A stretch of DNA of 64,000 bases. Source: Candidatus Bipolaricaulota bacterium (GTDB lineage Bacteria; Bipolaricaulota; Bipolaricaulia; Bipolaricaulales; Bipolaricaulaceae). Of this stretch, positions 41,962 through 52,492 are shown piece by piece. Under the pieces are notes generated by a model, which saw only the letters and a list, made by a program, of their open reading frames with translations, was not told where the DNA came from and did no database searches. Both the position numbers and the translations under genes were made by a program. How positions within the stretch are numbered: the first letter of the stretch is position 1; each line of letters starts with the position of its first letter. The stretch spans positions 1,061 through 65,060 of the forward strand of contig JACIWK010000003.1 of assembly GCA_014360985.1 (NCBI GenBank), given 5' to 3'.

Positions 41962-43141
41962 ATTAGGAGAACCCGGAAAGGCCAACGACAAGAGGCTCAG
42001 AATCCTGCACATCGCCGGATGGTATCCGTCTAGGGAGAACCCTGTGGCCGGTGTTTTCGTGCGGGAGCATGTAAAGGCGACCTCTCTTTACAACGATGTA
42101 GCTGTCCTTTACGGCGAAGGAGTGAACAAGGAAATCCGCGGTCTCTACCAGATCAAGGACAACATTGAAGATGGCATTCGTACACTGCGGCTGCGCTACA
42201 GGAAATCCCCCATTCCCAAGACCTCCTATTTCGTCTACATGTGGGCTATGTTTCGGGCCTTTCGCAAGCTCGCAGAAGAAGGGTTTCGGCCAGACGTAAT
42301 CCATGCCCATGTGTATTCGGCCGGTGTTCCGGCGGTGCTTATGGGGAAGCGTTATGGGCTACCGGTGGTCATTACGGAACATTTCACTGGGTTCCCACGC
42401 GGGTTGGTTCGGGGTATTGAGAAGCTGAAGGCGAAATTCGCCTTCGAGCGGGCGGCTGTCGTCTGCCCTGTGAGCAATGACTTGAGAACGCACATAGAGC
42501 GGCGCTTAGGAGTCAGAGCCCGCTTCCACGTGGTCCCTAACGTGGTTGATACCTCGCTTTTTTCTCCCCCAGCAGCACGCAGTGCAAGAGAAGATGGCAG
42601 AAAGCGCCTCCTGGTTGTAGCCCTGCTAACCCCGAAAAAGGGGATTCCGTACCTTCTTGAGGCTCTAGCCCGCCTCAGGGAGAGGCGCGATGACTTCGTC
42701 CTCGACATCGTCGGCGACGGGCCGAACAGAAGCGAGTACGAAGTGCTGACCAACAAGCTTGGGCTACAAGACGTTGTCCGTTTCCACGGATTGAAAACCA
42801 AACAGGAGGTCGCGGAGCTCATGAAACGATGTGACGTTTTCGTCCTTCCAAGCCTCTTTGAGACTTTTGGGGTGGTACTGATTGAGGCTTTGGCTTGCGG
42901 AATGCCCGTGGTTGCCACAGACATTGGGGGGCCCAATGAGATTGTTACGGATGAAGTGGGGTGCCTTGTCCCGCCGGCAGACACCCAAGCCCTTGCCAGG
43001 GCCATTGATTACATGCTGAATCATTGCGGGGATTATGTTCCGGAGAGAATTGCTCAGTATGCCGAAGGGCGCTATAGCTACCAGGCGGTAGGGTCAAAAC
43101 TCAACCAGCTTTACAGATCAGTTTTGAGGCAAAGGTTATGA
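41948..43141 (+). CDS. Glycosyltransferase family 4
   Basis: PDVIHAH, KKGIPYLLEA, FVLPS.FETFGVVLIEALACG.PVV. Confidence 0.88.
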   Translation: MNEPRLGEPGKANDKRLRILHIAGWYPSRENPVAGVFVREHVKATSLYNDVAVLYGEGVNKEIRGLYQIKDNIEDGIRTLRLRYRKSPIPKTSYFVYMWAMFRAFRKLAEEGFRPDVIHAHVYSAGVPAVLMGKRYGLPVVITEHFTGFPRGLVRGIEKLKAKFAFERAAVVCPVSNDLRTHIERRLGVRARFHVVPNVVDTSLFSPPAARSAREDGRKRLLVVALLTPKKGIPYLLEALARLRERRDDFVLDIVGDGPNRSEYEVLTNKLGLQDVVRFHGLKTKQEVAELMKRCDVFVLPSLFETFGVVLIEALACGMPVVATDIGGPNEIVTDEVGCLVPPADTQALARAIDYMLNHCGDYVPERIAQYAEGRYSYQAVGSKLNQLYRSVLRQRL

Positions 43142-44478
43142 GCACCGGTAAATTCGTTAGGGGAACAACGGTTACCTTCGGTAGCGGCGTCCTGAACCTC
43201 CTCGTAGGAGTTGGAACGTCGGTCATTCTGGCCAGGGTTCTGGGCCCGGAGGGCAGGGGAATCTATGCCCTCGCCGCGCTTCTGCCTTCCCTCATCGTGA
43301 CCTTCGGCAACTTGGGGATCGGGCCTGCAACCGTCTACTACGTTGCCCGGGGCGAGTTCCGGCGCCAGGAGATACTAGGAAACAACGTCCTGCTCAGCTT
43401 GGGCGTCGGTGGCATAGGAATCCTTACCGGGCTGATTGTGATCCTCTTCTTCCGGGAGATCGTGTTCCCTGGTGTTTTACCTGGTTATCTTCTCTTGGCT
43501 CTGGCTCTCGTGCCCGTAGAGGTCTTCTTCTCGTATGTCAGGTATGTATTGCTCGGGGCCCAGCGCATCAAGGAGTTCAACTACGTCCAAATCGCCCAAT
43601 CAGTGCTTTTTCTTGGGTTCATTGCGCTTGCCCTGCTGGGACTGAAGGCTGAAGTGACCGGGGCCATACTTGCCGGCCTGATCACCTGGTTGGTGGTTGA
43701 TGCCTTGGTGTTCCGCCTAGCTAAAACGGTAGCCGGGGGGATTGACCTTAAACCCAACGCCTCCTACATGAAGCGGACAACTACATATGGGGTTCAGGCG
43801 CACCTTTCGAACATCCTGGGGTTCCTTAATTACCGGGTGGACATGTTCCTTGTCAACGGCTTTTTGGGGCCGGTCGCGGTGGGGCTTTATGCTGTGGGAG
43901 TTGGGCTGGTCGAGAAGCTGTGGATGATCTCCCAGGCGGCCAGCACGGTTCTCTTTCCTCGAGTCGCAGCGGAGACCGACGAACAAAGGCGTAGGGAGTT
44001 TACTCCCCTGGTGGCCCGCACGGTCCTCTGGACGACGGCGCTCGGAGCCCTGGCACTGGCGCTCCTCAGCCGCTGGATTGTGCTCCTCCTCTACTCCGAG
44101 GCTTTTTTGCCGGCGGTCGGCGCGTTGCAGGCATTACTGGTTGGAATCGTAGCACTCAGCGCCGGGAGGGTGTTGAGCAACGACATTGCCGGCCGCGGGC
44201 GACCTGGGCTAAATATCTACACAGGTGTCGCTGCTGTGGCTACCAACGTGATTCTGAACATCATATGGATCCCCCGCTACGGCATTGCCGGTGCAGCCTG
44301 GGCCTCAACGGCGTCTTACACCCTCTCATTTCTCGGCGCCCTTTTCTTCTACTGCCGCCTCTCCGGTAACCGGTGGACCGAAGTGGTCCTCCCCCAGCGG
44401 GGCGATTGGAAGCTTTACCAGCGGACGGCATGGGCGCTGGGGCAGTGGGTCAAGGCAAAGACGAGGACTTTACCGTAA
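43138..44478 (+). CDS. Wzx flippase
   Basis: Multiple TM helices, ARVLGPEGRGIY, VGLYAVG, IPRYGIAGAAWA. Confidence 0.88.
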   Translation: MSTGKFVRGTTVTFGSGVLNLLVGVGTSVILARVLGPEGRGIYALAALLPSLIVTFGNLGIGPATVYYVARGEFRRQEILGNNVLLSLGVGGIGILTGLIVILFFREIVFPGVLPGYLLLALALVPVEVFFSYVRYVLLGAQRIKEFNYVQIAQSVLFLGFIALALLGLKAEVTGAILAGLITWLVVDALVFRLAKTVAGGIDLKPNASYMKRTTTYGVQAHLSNILGFLNYRVDMFLVNGFLGPVAVGLYAVGVGLVEKLWMISQAASTVLFPRVAAETDEQRRREFTPLVARTVLWTTALGALALALLSRWIVLLLYSEAFLPAVGALQALLVGIVALSAGRVLSNDIAGRGRPGLNIYTGVAAVATNVILNIIWIPRYGIAGAAWASTASYTLSFLGALFFYCRLSGNRWTEVVLPQRGDWKLYQRTAWALGQWVKAKTRTLP

Positions 44479-44498
44479 GGGAGTAAAGGGAGCAAAGA

Positions 44499-45968
44499 AT
44501 GTGTGAAAGCACGGGTTCCGTGAAGAAGTATTGGAAAATAATTGATGTGTTGGCTCTAGTCTTCCTCCTCTCATCTATGGTTGGGTGCTCGGCTGGACGA
44601 ACCGATACTCAACAGTTCTTAGGCAAGTATTACATTGATTTCACGACCGAGGCCAAGAACTGGGACGGCCCTCTCGACGAAAAAGGCATTCCTTTACGAC
44701 ATTACAGTGAGTTCGGGATTCAATACCAACCTGTCGGCATCGCTCATTACGCTTTGGGGAATTGGGACTTGTATTTGAGCACTAAACAAGCTCAATACAG
44801 AGAGAAGTTCCTTAGAATGGCTGATTGGTTCTGCGAGAATCTGGTTATTAAGGGGGATTGCGGCGTTTGGGAATACCACTTCGATTACCCTCGGTTCCTT
44901 CTAAAAGCGCCCTGGCCCTCTGCTATGTCGCAAGGAGAGGCTATCTCGGTCCTGGTACGGGCTTATCAAATCACGCAGGAGAAGCGCTACCTGGAATGTG
45001 CAGAGCTTGCATTGGCCTCCTTTAAAGCTCCTCTTGAAGAGGGAGGCGTAAGATATCGCGATGAAGATGGGTTCATCTGGTATGAGGAGTACCCTTCTTT
45101 AGTAGAGCTGCCCCACGTGCTTAACGGTTTCATCTTTGCGCTCTTTGGGCTCTACGATTTTTATATGACAACAGGAAGCGAAGAAGCTCACGCTTTGTTC
45201 AACGAGGGGATTGGAACCCTGAAAGCGAATCTTGGGCGATGGGACCTCGGCTTTTGGTCAAGATATGACTTGACGGACCTTTATGGCCAAGACACCTATC
45301 TCTTTCGTTTTGTTACTGACAAGAAGCACCCCGAGTCTCCTCATCCTATTGATATGATCGTGTTGCGGACGGTCACTGAAGATGGCAACGAAGTGTCGCA
45401 GATCATGCTGGACGTCGGAGCTGAAAACGACGCGACCGATATTGGCGTCAACGGCTCGTGCCTTTACTATTCTCCGGGGTATCAAGACTGGGGTGAACCC
45501 TACGTCTTGGACGGAAAGAACGTAAGAAATTATGAGAATCGTGCCGGGCGGTATGCCCACGCGCCCTTTGAGTTTGCCATCGATCTTGAACCCTCTTACA
45601 AATACTTTCTTGAGATATTCTACAAGGATACAGTCAATGAGCCCGTACATTTAGAAGCGTATGCGGAGGGAGTAAAGTACATAAGGTTCAGCGAGCTGGA
45701 AAGTGTTGGTGATGGAGAGTGGAAGACTACTATTGTTGAACTCCCACTGGGTCTGCTGACCATGATGAAGAAAGGGGCCTCCTCCAGTTATCACCGGTTG
45801 CACATTCAGCAACTGCGGACTCTCTTCTGGATGACCGGCATAGAGATCTTCAAGGACTATGCCCAATTGTTTGATATCTACTACGAAGCCACCAGCTCAA
45901 ATCAGTGGTGGGAAGACATTCTCAAGGAGATTCGCCTGAGGAAGGCGAGGTTCGGCGATGGTGCGTAA
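44499..45968 (+). CDS. D-glucuronyl C5-epimerase-like protein, putative lipoprotein, with inserted domain
   Basis: PWPSAMSQGEAISVLVRAY, WYEEYP, HVLNGFIFALFGLYD, WSRYDL, YHRLHIQQL; MVGC lipobox-like. Confidence 0.82.
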   Translation: MCESTGSVKKYWKIIDVLALVFLLSSMVGCSAGRTDTQQFLGKYYIDFTTEAKNWDGPLDEKGIPLRHYSEFGIQYQPVGIAHYALGNWDLYLSTKQAQYREKFLRMADWFCENLVIKGDCGVWEYHFDYPRFLLKAPWPSAMSQGEAISVLVRAYQITQEKRYLECAELALASFKAPLEEGGVRYRDEDGFIWYEEYPSLVELPHVLNGFIFALFGLYDFYMTTGSEEAHALFNEGIGTLKANLGRWDLGFWSRYDLTDLYGQDTYLFRFVTDKKHPESPHPIDMIVLRTVTEDGNEVSQIMLDVGAENDATDIGVNGSCLYYSPGYQDWGEPYVLDGKNVRNYENRAGRYAHAPFEFAIDLEPSYKYFLEIFYKDTVNEPVHLEAYAEGVKYIRFSELESVGDGEWKTTIVELPLGLLTMMKKGASSSYHRLHIQQLRTLFWMTGIEIFKDYAQLFDIYYEATSSNQWWEDILKEIRLRKARFGDGA

Positions 45969-47256
45969 GGTTCTGCTCATAACCTACTATTTCCCTCCAC
46001 GCCCGGGCGTTGCATCTTTGAGATTGAGGGGTGTGGCCAAATACCTGCCGGAGTACGGCTGGGAGCCGGTTATACTTACAGCGGCCCTGCCAGGAGAACC
46101 GGAGCCTCGCTTTAACGTTGTCCAGACATCTTATCCTGGGGATGTCACAGCTCGTTGGAAAAAAAAGCTGGGCTTGGCACCCGATAATGGGTTTCAAAAG
46201 CAAATCGGGATTCCTCGTGCTCTCCGTGAAAGCAGAGCTTCCTTTACAAGTAAAGTGATCAACTGTACTAAAGCGATCATCGTTTACCCCGATGAGCAGA
46301 AGAGTTGGTATCCGTTTGCCGTAAGCGCAGGGCACGACCTGTTGAAAAGGGAGCGGTTCGATGCGCTCCTTAGCAGTTCCGGGCCTGTTACCTGTCACCT
46401 CATCGCCAGAGAGCTAAAGAGAAGGCATGGAATTCCATGGGTTGCTGACCTCCGAGATCTCTGGACCCAAAACCATTATTACCCATATGGGCTACTGAGG
46501 CGGCTCTTTGAGAGGCGGCTCGAGTTGAAGACACTTGAACTAGCCGATGTGTTGGTGACGGTTTCAGGGCCTTTAGCGGAAGAATTACAATCTCTGCATC
46601 GAAACAAGCGAGTATTGGCCATCACAAATGGCTTTGACCCGGATGAAGTTGCTTCAGTTCCCTTGACCAAGGAGTTCACTATCACGTATACCGGACAACT
46701 CTATGAAGGAAACCGAGATCCTGCTCTTCTTTTTCAAGCTGTCCACGAGCTGGTTGCTGACGGCACCATCGATCCCTTGGATATCAGGATTCGCTTCTAT
46801 GGAGAAGCGCCCTATTGGCTTGAGCAGCAGGTCGGGCATTACCAACTAGGGGAGATAGTTAGTTTGCACCACACAGTGCCGCGGGATGTTGCCCTAACCA
46901 AGCAGCGGGAGTCCCAGGTGCTCTTGCTTCTCAACCGGGACGACCCAAGAGAGAGAGGCGTTTATACTGGGAAGATCTTTGAGTACTTAGCAGCAAAAAG
47001 GCCTATCCTTGCTTTAGGAGGTCCAGGTGGTGTGGTTGCACAACTTCTTAAAGAAACAGGGGCCGGTGTTCATGTTAACTTGTACGATCATCTAAAAGCT
47101 TTCCTCAGCTCGTGGTATCAAGAGTATAAGACGGAGGGAGAAGTCAGATATAAGGGACAGTGGGAAGCTGTTCACAAATACAGCCATCGGGAAATGGCAC
47201 GAAGGTTTGCGTATTTACTGGATGAAATCACAGGAGGTGGACTTGCAAATCGTTAA
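45958..47256 (+). CDS. Glycosyltransferase family 4-like
   Basis: TYYFPP, PWVADLRDLW, NGFDP, TYTG.LY, TGKIFEYLAA.RPIL. Confidence 0.82.
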   Translation: MVRKVLLITYYFPPRPGVASLRLRGVAKYLPEYGWEPVILTAALPGEPEPRFNVVQTSYPGDVTARWKKKLGLAPDNGFQKQIGIPRALRESRASFTSKVINCTKAIIVYPDEQKSWYPFAVSAGHDLLKRERFDALLSSSGPVTCHLIARELKRRHGIPWVADLRDLWTQNHYYPYGLLRRLFERRLELKTLELADVLVTVSGPLAEELQSLHRNKRVLAITNGFDPDEVASVPLTKEFTITYTGQLYEGNRDPALLFQAVHELVADGTIDPLDIRIRFYGEAPYWLEQQVGHYQLGEIVSLHHTVPRDVALTKQRESQVLLLLNRDDPRERGVYTGKIFEYLAAKRPILALGGPGGVVAQLLKETGAGVHVNLYDHLKAFLSSWYQEYKTEGEVRYKGQWEAVHKYSHREMARRFAYLLDEITGGGLANR

Positions 47257-47575
47257 TGATCCCACAATCGTGCTAAAGCATGCCCGAGAAGTGGGCATTG
47301 TTGGTCATGTTCGATTCGTTGGAGGTGATGCAACACGCAGCTATCGACGTGTTCCTATACTTGTACTTGAGAACCAACCATTGCGAGAGAGGCTTGGTGC
47401 AAACACAAGAGAGTGGGCGTGGCAACACTTAACAGCTTGGGATGAGCGATTAGAACAAGAGTTGCGAGAGGTGGAGGAGCTTGTGTCCAAGCAAGTTCCG
47501 CCTCGGGATCGGCAAAAGAGAAGTTGTTTGAAGCGCCTCCGTTTGTCCACCGATCGGAGGGACATCGATGGGTGA
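47243..47575 (+). pseudogene. Internally deleted GT4 remnant
   Basis: AREVGIVGHVRFVG and LENQPLRERLGANTREWA resemble GT4 C-terminal segments, but the central donor-binding motif is missing; 110 codons. Confidence 0.5.
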
Positions 47576-48932
47576 CGTGAGGGTCGCTAATGCTTCACGT
47601 GGCGTGAGCACATATGCGGCCAAGCACGTCGGGTTGGATTCCCTTCTCCAATGGGGGCTATCACTGCTCTTGCTAGCCGTCCCATTCCATTCGGTCCTTG
47701 TTCTTCCCGGCGTCAGCGTGGTCAAAGCAATCGGCTTCATCCTTGCACCGATCTGGCTGATCTGGCTTGTGGCAGCGCTGGGGACACGACGAGGGCCGTG
47801 GATCATGCCACGCCGGAACGTCTGTCTCACTCTTTCCTTCGGAGTGTTTGTCTGCTCCATTCTGCTCTCAGTCCTCTACGCCCCTACAAGTCCGATCTTT
47901 CGCACTAGCTTACTGACCATTGTGTCCTTTGCTGCAATGGCTGTAGTTATCTACACCTTGGTTTCTTCCGAAGCCCTTTTGCGTCGCGCCTATACCTGCT
48001 TGGCCTTAGGCGGGACGGTTTTTGGGATGCTGGTTATCGTGCAATTTGTGGCGCCGCAAGAGGTGGCTGCGATTTTCGGCCAGCGTGTCTTTGAGGAATC
48101 CATTGGAGTGCGGGCGACAGGACCGTTCCGTGATCCGAACTATGGAGCACTTACGCTCGTCGTGCTGGCATGCCTTTCATTCTTTCTTGCTTTGACTCAG
48201 CGAAGACGATGGCAGCGTACCCTACTATTGCTTGGTGTCAGCACGGAACTCGTTGCCGTTCTTCTGACGTTCTCGCGGGCTGCCTATGTATTATTGGGGC
48301 TTATGGGCTTGGTGGTTCTGTGGCGCGAGAGGCGTCGACTGCGGCTTTGGAAAGTCGCTATAGTAGCTACGATTGGCCTTGTGCTATTGGCCTCGTTCGG
48401 TGAAGGGCTCCTCACTTTGGCGACGTCCCGTGCTGGCACACTGGCAGAGTTTGTACAACTCCTTGGGAAAGATCCGGGACAAGCCCGCCAGCTTGATCTA
48501 AGCCTATGGTATCGCTTCCAACTTTTGCGAGCAGGTGTCAAGATGGCTTTTGACAAGTTCCCTATAGGGGTAGGGTGGGAGAACTTCCGCTACCAAGTCA
48601 CCCGGTACTCCGAAGAGGTTCCCGAGCAAGGCGCGCACAACACCTACGTTGCGGTTGGCGCAGAGCTCGGACTGCCGGGAATCCTATCGCTTGCTTGGCT
48701 TCTTTGGGCGTTGTGGGGAAGCACTAGCCGTCTCTGCAGGATTGCACAAGACAGGATCGGCCTTCTTGCGAGAGGAACCAGGTATGGCCTCTTGGCCATT
48801 CTCATTGGCGGATTGTTCCTCACAGTGCTCCACGAAGCTGTGGTTTGGGCTTTGATTGGGTTGATCATGGCGCAGAATCAGGTGGTTTTCAGAGCAGCGA
48901 AAGCAAGGGAAACTAGTGTGACTGTGGGATGA
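47568..48932 (+). CDS. O-antigen polymerase/ligase (Wzy_C)
   Basis: About 10 TM helices, RATGPF.DPN, TFSRAA, R..L...G..M....PIGVG, GAHNTY. Confidence 0.85.
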   Translation: MGDVRVANASRGVSTYAAKHVGLDSLLQWGLSLLLLAVPFHSVLVLPGVSVVKAIGFILAPIWLIWLVAALGTRRGPWIMPRRNVCLTLSFGVFVCSILLSVLYAPTSPIFRTSLLTIVSFAAMAVVIYTLVSSEALLRRAYTCLALGGTVFGMLVIVQFVAPQEVAAIFGQRVFEESIGVRATGPFRDPNYGALTLVVLACLSFFLALTQRRRWQRTLLLLGVSTELVAVLLTFSRAAYVLLGLMGLVVLWRERRRLRLWKVAIVATIGLVLLASFGEGLLTLATSRAGTLAEFVQLLGKDPGQARQLDLSLWYRFQLLRAGVKMAFDKFPIGVGWENFRYQVTRYSEEVPEQGAHNTYVAVGAELGLPGILSLAWLLWALWGSTSRLCRIAQDRIGLLARGTRYGLLAILIGGLFLTVLHEAVVWALIGLIMAQNQVVFRAAKARETSVTVG

Positions 48933-50065
48933 GCATGATGAACGAGGAGGGAGTACGGCAGGCCAAGCGCCGCCTTCGGGTTTTGTATGTCGAGGAGGGG
49001 TTAAGCCATCCGGCCAGACACCTTCTGCCTCTTCTCGCGTCGGAGGTAGACTATTACTTGGTCACGGCGGAAAGGGATAGGGAGTTTGCGGACCGCTATT
49101 CCATGCCGATCTATGCGTTCCCTTCTCCGAAGTTCCCGGTCCAGAGGGCGTGGACGAGCCGGCGACTTGCAGCGCGGGTTTTGCAAGAGACGAAAGTCGA
49201 TTTGATCCACAGCCATAGCGGGACGGATTTTCTCTTGCCTCGGACAGTGCCCGTCGTGACGCATGTGCACGGAAGCTGGCAAGCCGATTGGCGCCGCGCA
49301 TGGAGCGCCGCTAGCCCGGCCAAGAAGATGCGGCACTTGGTTGGGTTCCTCCATTATGTCGTCCCTGAGAGTATCAGCACTCGCAGGGCGACGCACATCA
49401 TCACCGTTTCCGAGGCAGTGAAGCGGGAGGTGATTCGGTTCTATGGGATCCCTCCTCAGCGTGTGACCGTTGTTCCCAACGCTGTTCCAGAGCATGTGTA
49501 TAACATCGGTTACGCCAAGCGCCCAGAGGATCCTCCCCGGCTCGTCTATGTAGGCCGGCTTCATCCCTCGAAGGGGATCGCGGAGGTCACAGCGGCCTTT
49601 GCTAGAGCGCCAGAGCTTGAGGTTGAGTTCCTTATTATTGGTGACGGTCCTGAGAGGAAGTTTTTGCACTCGCTGGCGGGTAGAGACCCCCGCATCCGTC
49701 TTCTTGGCACGCTCCCTCATGAGGAGGTCTTGCGGTGGCTGGACCGAACAAACATCTTCATTTTTCCGAGCCACTATGAGGGATCTAGCCTTGCCCTGTT
49801 GGAAGCGATGGCCACGGGCCATGCGTGTATAGTCAGGAAGATCCCCGTGATGGAGGAGGTCCTAGGCCAAGAGGTCGGCATTCTCTGCAACGATGTTGAG
49901 GCGATGGTGGAGGCCGTGGCAGACCTGGTAAGTGATTCAGAGAAGCGGTTTGAAATGCAAAGGCAGGCCAAGATACGTGCCAGGGAGTTCTCTTGGCAGA
50001 AATCGGCGCATATCCTCATGGACGTCTACAACAAGGTGGCGGAGGGCGCTTGTGGGTCCGGATAA
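48929..50065 (+). CDS. Glycosyltransferase family 4
   Basis: YVGRLHPSKG, FIFPSHYEGSSLALLEAMA.G. Confidence 0.88.
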   Translation: MSMMNEEGVRQAKRRLRVLYVEEGLSHPARHLLPLLASEVDYYLVTAERDREFADRYSMPIYAFPSPKFPVQRAWTSRRLAARVLQETKVDLIHSHSGTDFLLPRTVPVVTHVHGSWQADWRRAWSAASPAKKMRHLVGFLHYVVPESISTRRATHIITVSEAVKREVIRFYGIPPQRVTVVPNAVPEHVYNIGYAKRPEDPPRLVYVGRLHPSKGIAEVTAAFARAPELEVEFLIIGDGPERKFLHSLAGRDPRIRLLGTLPHEEVLRWLDRTNIFIFPSHYEGSSLALLEAMATGHACIVRKIPVMEEVLGQEVGILCNDVEAMVEAVADLVSDSEKRFEMQRQAKIRAREFSWQKSAHILMDVYNKVAEGACGSG

Positions 50066-51314
50066 GAAGAGACCGAGAATAGCGCTGTTCCTTCCCTCGC
50101 TAGGCATCGGGGGCGTTGAGCGAGTCATGCTCAACCTGGCCGCCGGGTTTGCTCAATGGGGTGCGTCTGTGGATCTGGTGCTGGTGAAAGCCCAGGGCGA
50201 GTACATGCGCCGAATTCCGCCCGGTGTCCGCGTCGTTGACCTCCGGGCAAGCCGAGTGCTCACTAGTCTTTTACCACTTGTTCGGTACCTACGGACAGCA
50301 AAGCCCGAGGGGCTTATCTCTGCTAAGGACTATGCCAACGTCGTTGCTATACTGGCGAAATCCCTGGCTCGGGTTTCAACCCGCGTGATCGTCAGCATAC
50401 ATACTACCTTGTCAAAGCATGTCCAATATGCCAAAGGGTTTAGAGAAAGAGCGATTGTACCGCTGCTGGCGCGCCAGCTTTATCCGCGTGCTTACGTCAT
50501 TGTAGCAGTATCGAACGGCGTGGCCGATGACCTAGCACAATTTCTGGGGCTCCCGCGTGGCCGCATAAGTGTGATTTATAATCCTGTGATAGACGAAAAC
50601 CTCTTTGCCGTAGCTCGAGAGCCGGTTGATCACCCTTGGTTTGCTCCGGGAGGCCCTCCGGTAATTCTGTCCGTCGGTCGCTTAACAGCGGCCAAGGACT
50701 ACCCGACGCTCATAGCTGCGTTTGCAGAGGTGAGGCAGCGACGTGACGCTCGGCTAGCAATCCTTGGGGAAGGAGAGGAAAGGCCACGCCTTCATGATCT
50801 TCTGCGACGCCTCGGATTAGAGAGCGACGTGTGGTTACCAGGCTTTGTGGAACCCCCGTATCCCTATCTTGCCCGCGCCTCGTTGTTTGTGGTGTCCTCT
50901 ATATGGGAAGGCCTTCCTACCGCAATCATCGAGGCGCTCGCCCTTGGGGTGCCGGTGGTATCTACCGACTGCCCAAGCGGTCCTCGTGAAATTCTTGATA
51001 ATGGGCGCTTCGGGGAACTGGTACCTGTGGGCGACGCGGATGCATTGGCGGACGCGATTCTCCGCGCCCTTGACACGCCGCATGACCCAGAGCGGTTGAG
51101 GGAGAGAGCGAAGCAGTTCTCCGTGGGTAATGCAGTTGCCCAGTACCTCGCACTCCTTGGCCTCGAAGTAGGCGGTGGCCATAATGACGAAGCGGGCGCA
51201 CCTGACGAGGAGAGTGACCGCTGTATCCAGCGGAACAAGGCCGTCAGGGGTGGGCGAGCTCGGACGCCTGATGTGTTATGTTGTGAACCAAGCCGTAGGA
51301 GGGCCACGACGTGA
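50052..51314 (+). CDS. Glycosyltransferase family 4
   Basis: GGVERV, VGRL..AKDYPTL, SS.WEGLPT.IIEALA.G.PVVSTDCPSGPREIL; C-terminal extension of about 45 low-information residues. Confidence 0.88.
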   Translation: MGPDKKRPRIALFLPSLGIGGVERVMLNLAAGFAQWGASVDLVLVKAQGEYMRRIPPGVRVVDLRASRVLTSLLPLVRYLRTAKPEGLISAKDYANVVAILAKSLARVSTRVIVSIHTTLSKHVQYAKGFRERAIVPLLARQLYPRAYVIVAVSNGVADDLAQFLGLPRGRISVIYNPVIDENLFAVAREPVDHPWFAPGGPPVILSVGRLTAAKDYPTLIAAFAEVRQRRDARLAILGEGEERPRLHDLLRRLGLESDVWLPGFVEPPYPYLARASLFVVSSIWEGLPTAIIEALALGVPVVSTDCPSGPREILDNGRFGELVPVGDADALADAILRALDTPHDPERLRERAKQFSVGNAVAQYLALLGLEVGGGHNDEAGAPDEESDRCIQRNKAVRGGRARTPDVLCCEPSRRRATT

Positions 51315-52492
51315 GAATCGCGATCATTGACCCGTCCGGCTTCACGCCGCCCTATGATCACTGTCTGGCCACTGCTCTTGCACAGCAGGGGTGCCAGGTG
51401 GTGCTGGCCACTACCCGGGTGCCGCCGGGGCCGTGGGCTCAAGACACGACCTATGAGCGATGGGAACACTTCTATCCGGTTGGAAGGAGACTGACCAAAA
51501 CCAAAGTCCGCACCTATGTCAAGGGATGCGAGCACCCATTTGACATGGAAAGGCTGCTCCGTCGCCTGCGGCGCTGGAAGCCAGATGTGGTTCATTTCCA
51601 GTGGGTATCGTTCCCCATAGTTGATGGATTCTTTCTTCGGCGGTTCCGAAAGATTGCCCCTCTCGTACTTACGGTGCATGATACCGAGCCCTTCCACGGC
51701 GCACCCTCGTCTCGGTTTCAATCGGTGGGATTGTCATCCGCGTTTCGGCACCTTGACCATTTCATCGTTCATACGCACTACTCGAAGGAAGCGCTTATGC
51801 GCCAACTGGCGCTGCCCGAGCACCGCGTGACCGTGATTCCCCACGGCGTCTTCACCTACTATCGTGAACTATTCAGCGATTTAGGAGGATCCGGGCAAGG
51901 CCCTCAGCCAGCGGGGGAAGAAGAGAGGATCCTGTTCTTCGGTGTGCTCAAACCGTACAAGGGTGTGGATGCTCTCCTTGAGGCCTATGCGCGCCTTCCT
52001 GAGCCAGTCGCGAAGAACGCGATCCTTCAGATTGTGGGGTATCCGAGGATGCCGGTTGAGCCGCTCCAGTCTCTCGCCGGACGTCTCGGCATCGAACACC
52101 GCGTGTTTTGGGACCTTCGGTTTGTGGAAGAAACGGAAGTGGCGGCATACTTTTCCCATGCTGATGTCGTGGTTCTGCCGTATCGGAGGATCGATCAAAG
52201 CGGGGTCTTAATGGTAGCCCTAGCGTTTGGAAAGCCGATTGTCGCGTCGCGTGTAGGAGGGTTTGCGGAAATCATCAGTGATGGAGTGCACGGCTTCCTT
52301 GTGGAACCTGGGGATGTGGAGTCGCTCGCCCAGGCTTTGGCGCGAATTCTAAGCGACGACGACCTGCGTGCTCGGATGGCGGACGCGGTTGAAGCGTTGG
52401 CAAGTAGAGAACTGTCGTGGAGCAACATTTCCACTCAGACTGTGCACCTCTACCAAACGACTTTAAGGGCAAAGACGCGGGGAGCCAAGTGA
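51311..52492 (+). CDS. Glycosyltransferase family 4
   Basis: FFGVLKPYKG.D.LL.A, VVLPY..IDQSGVL..A..FGKP. Confidence 0.88.
   Translation: MRIAIIDPSGFTPPYDHCLATALAQQGCQVVLATTRVPPGPWAQDTTYERWEHFYPVGRRLTKTKVRTYVKGCEHPFDMERLLRRLRRWKPDVVHFQWVSFPIVDGFFLRRFRKIAPLVLTVHDTEPFHGAPSSRFQSVGLSSAFRHLDHFIVHTHYSKEALMRQLALPEHRVTVIPHGVFTYYRELFSDLGGSGQGPQPAGEEERILFFGVLKPYKGVDALLEAYARLPEPVAKNAILQIVGYPRMPVEPLQSLAGRLGIEHRVFWDLRFVEETEVAAYFSHADVVVLPYRRIDQSGVLMVALAFGKPIVASRVGGFAEIISDGVHGFLVEPGDVESLAQALARILSDDDLRARMADAVEALASRELSWSNISTQTVHLYQTTLRAKTRGAK

Noticed and set aside
51180-51314. Extended C-terminus of the GT4 at 50052 as a separate domain
   Set aside because: Short and low in information; most likely a lost stop codon reading up to the next gene.
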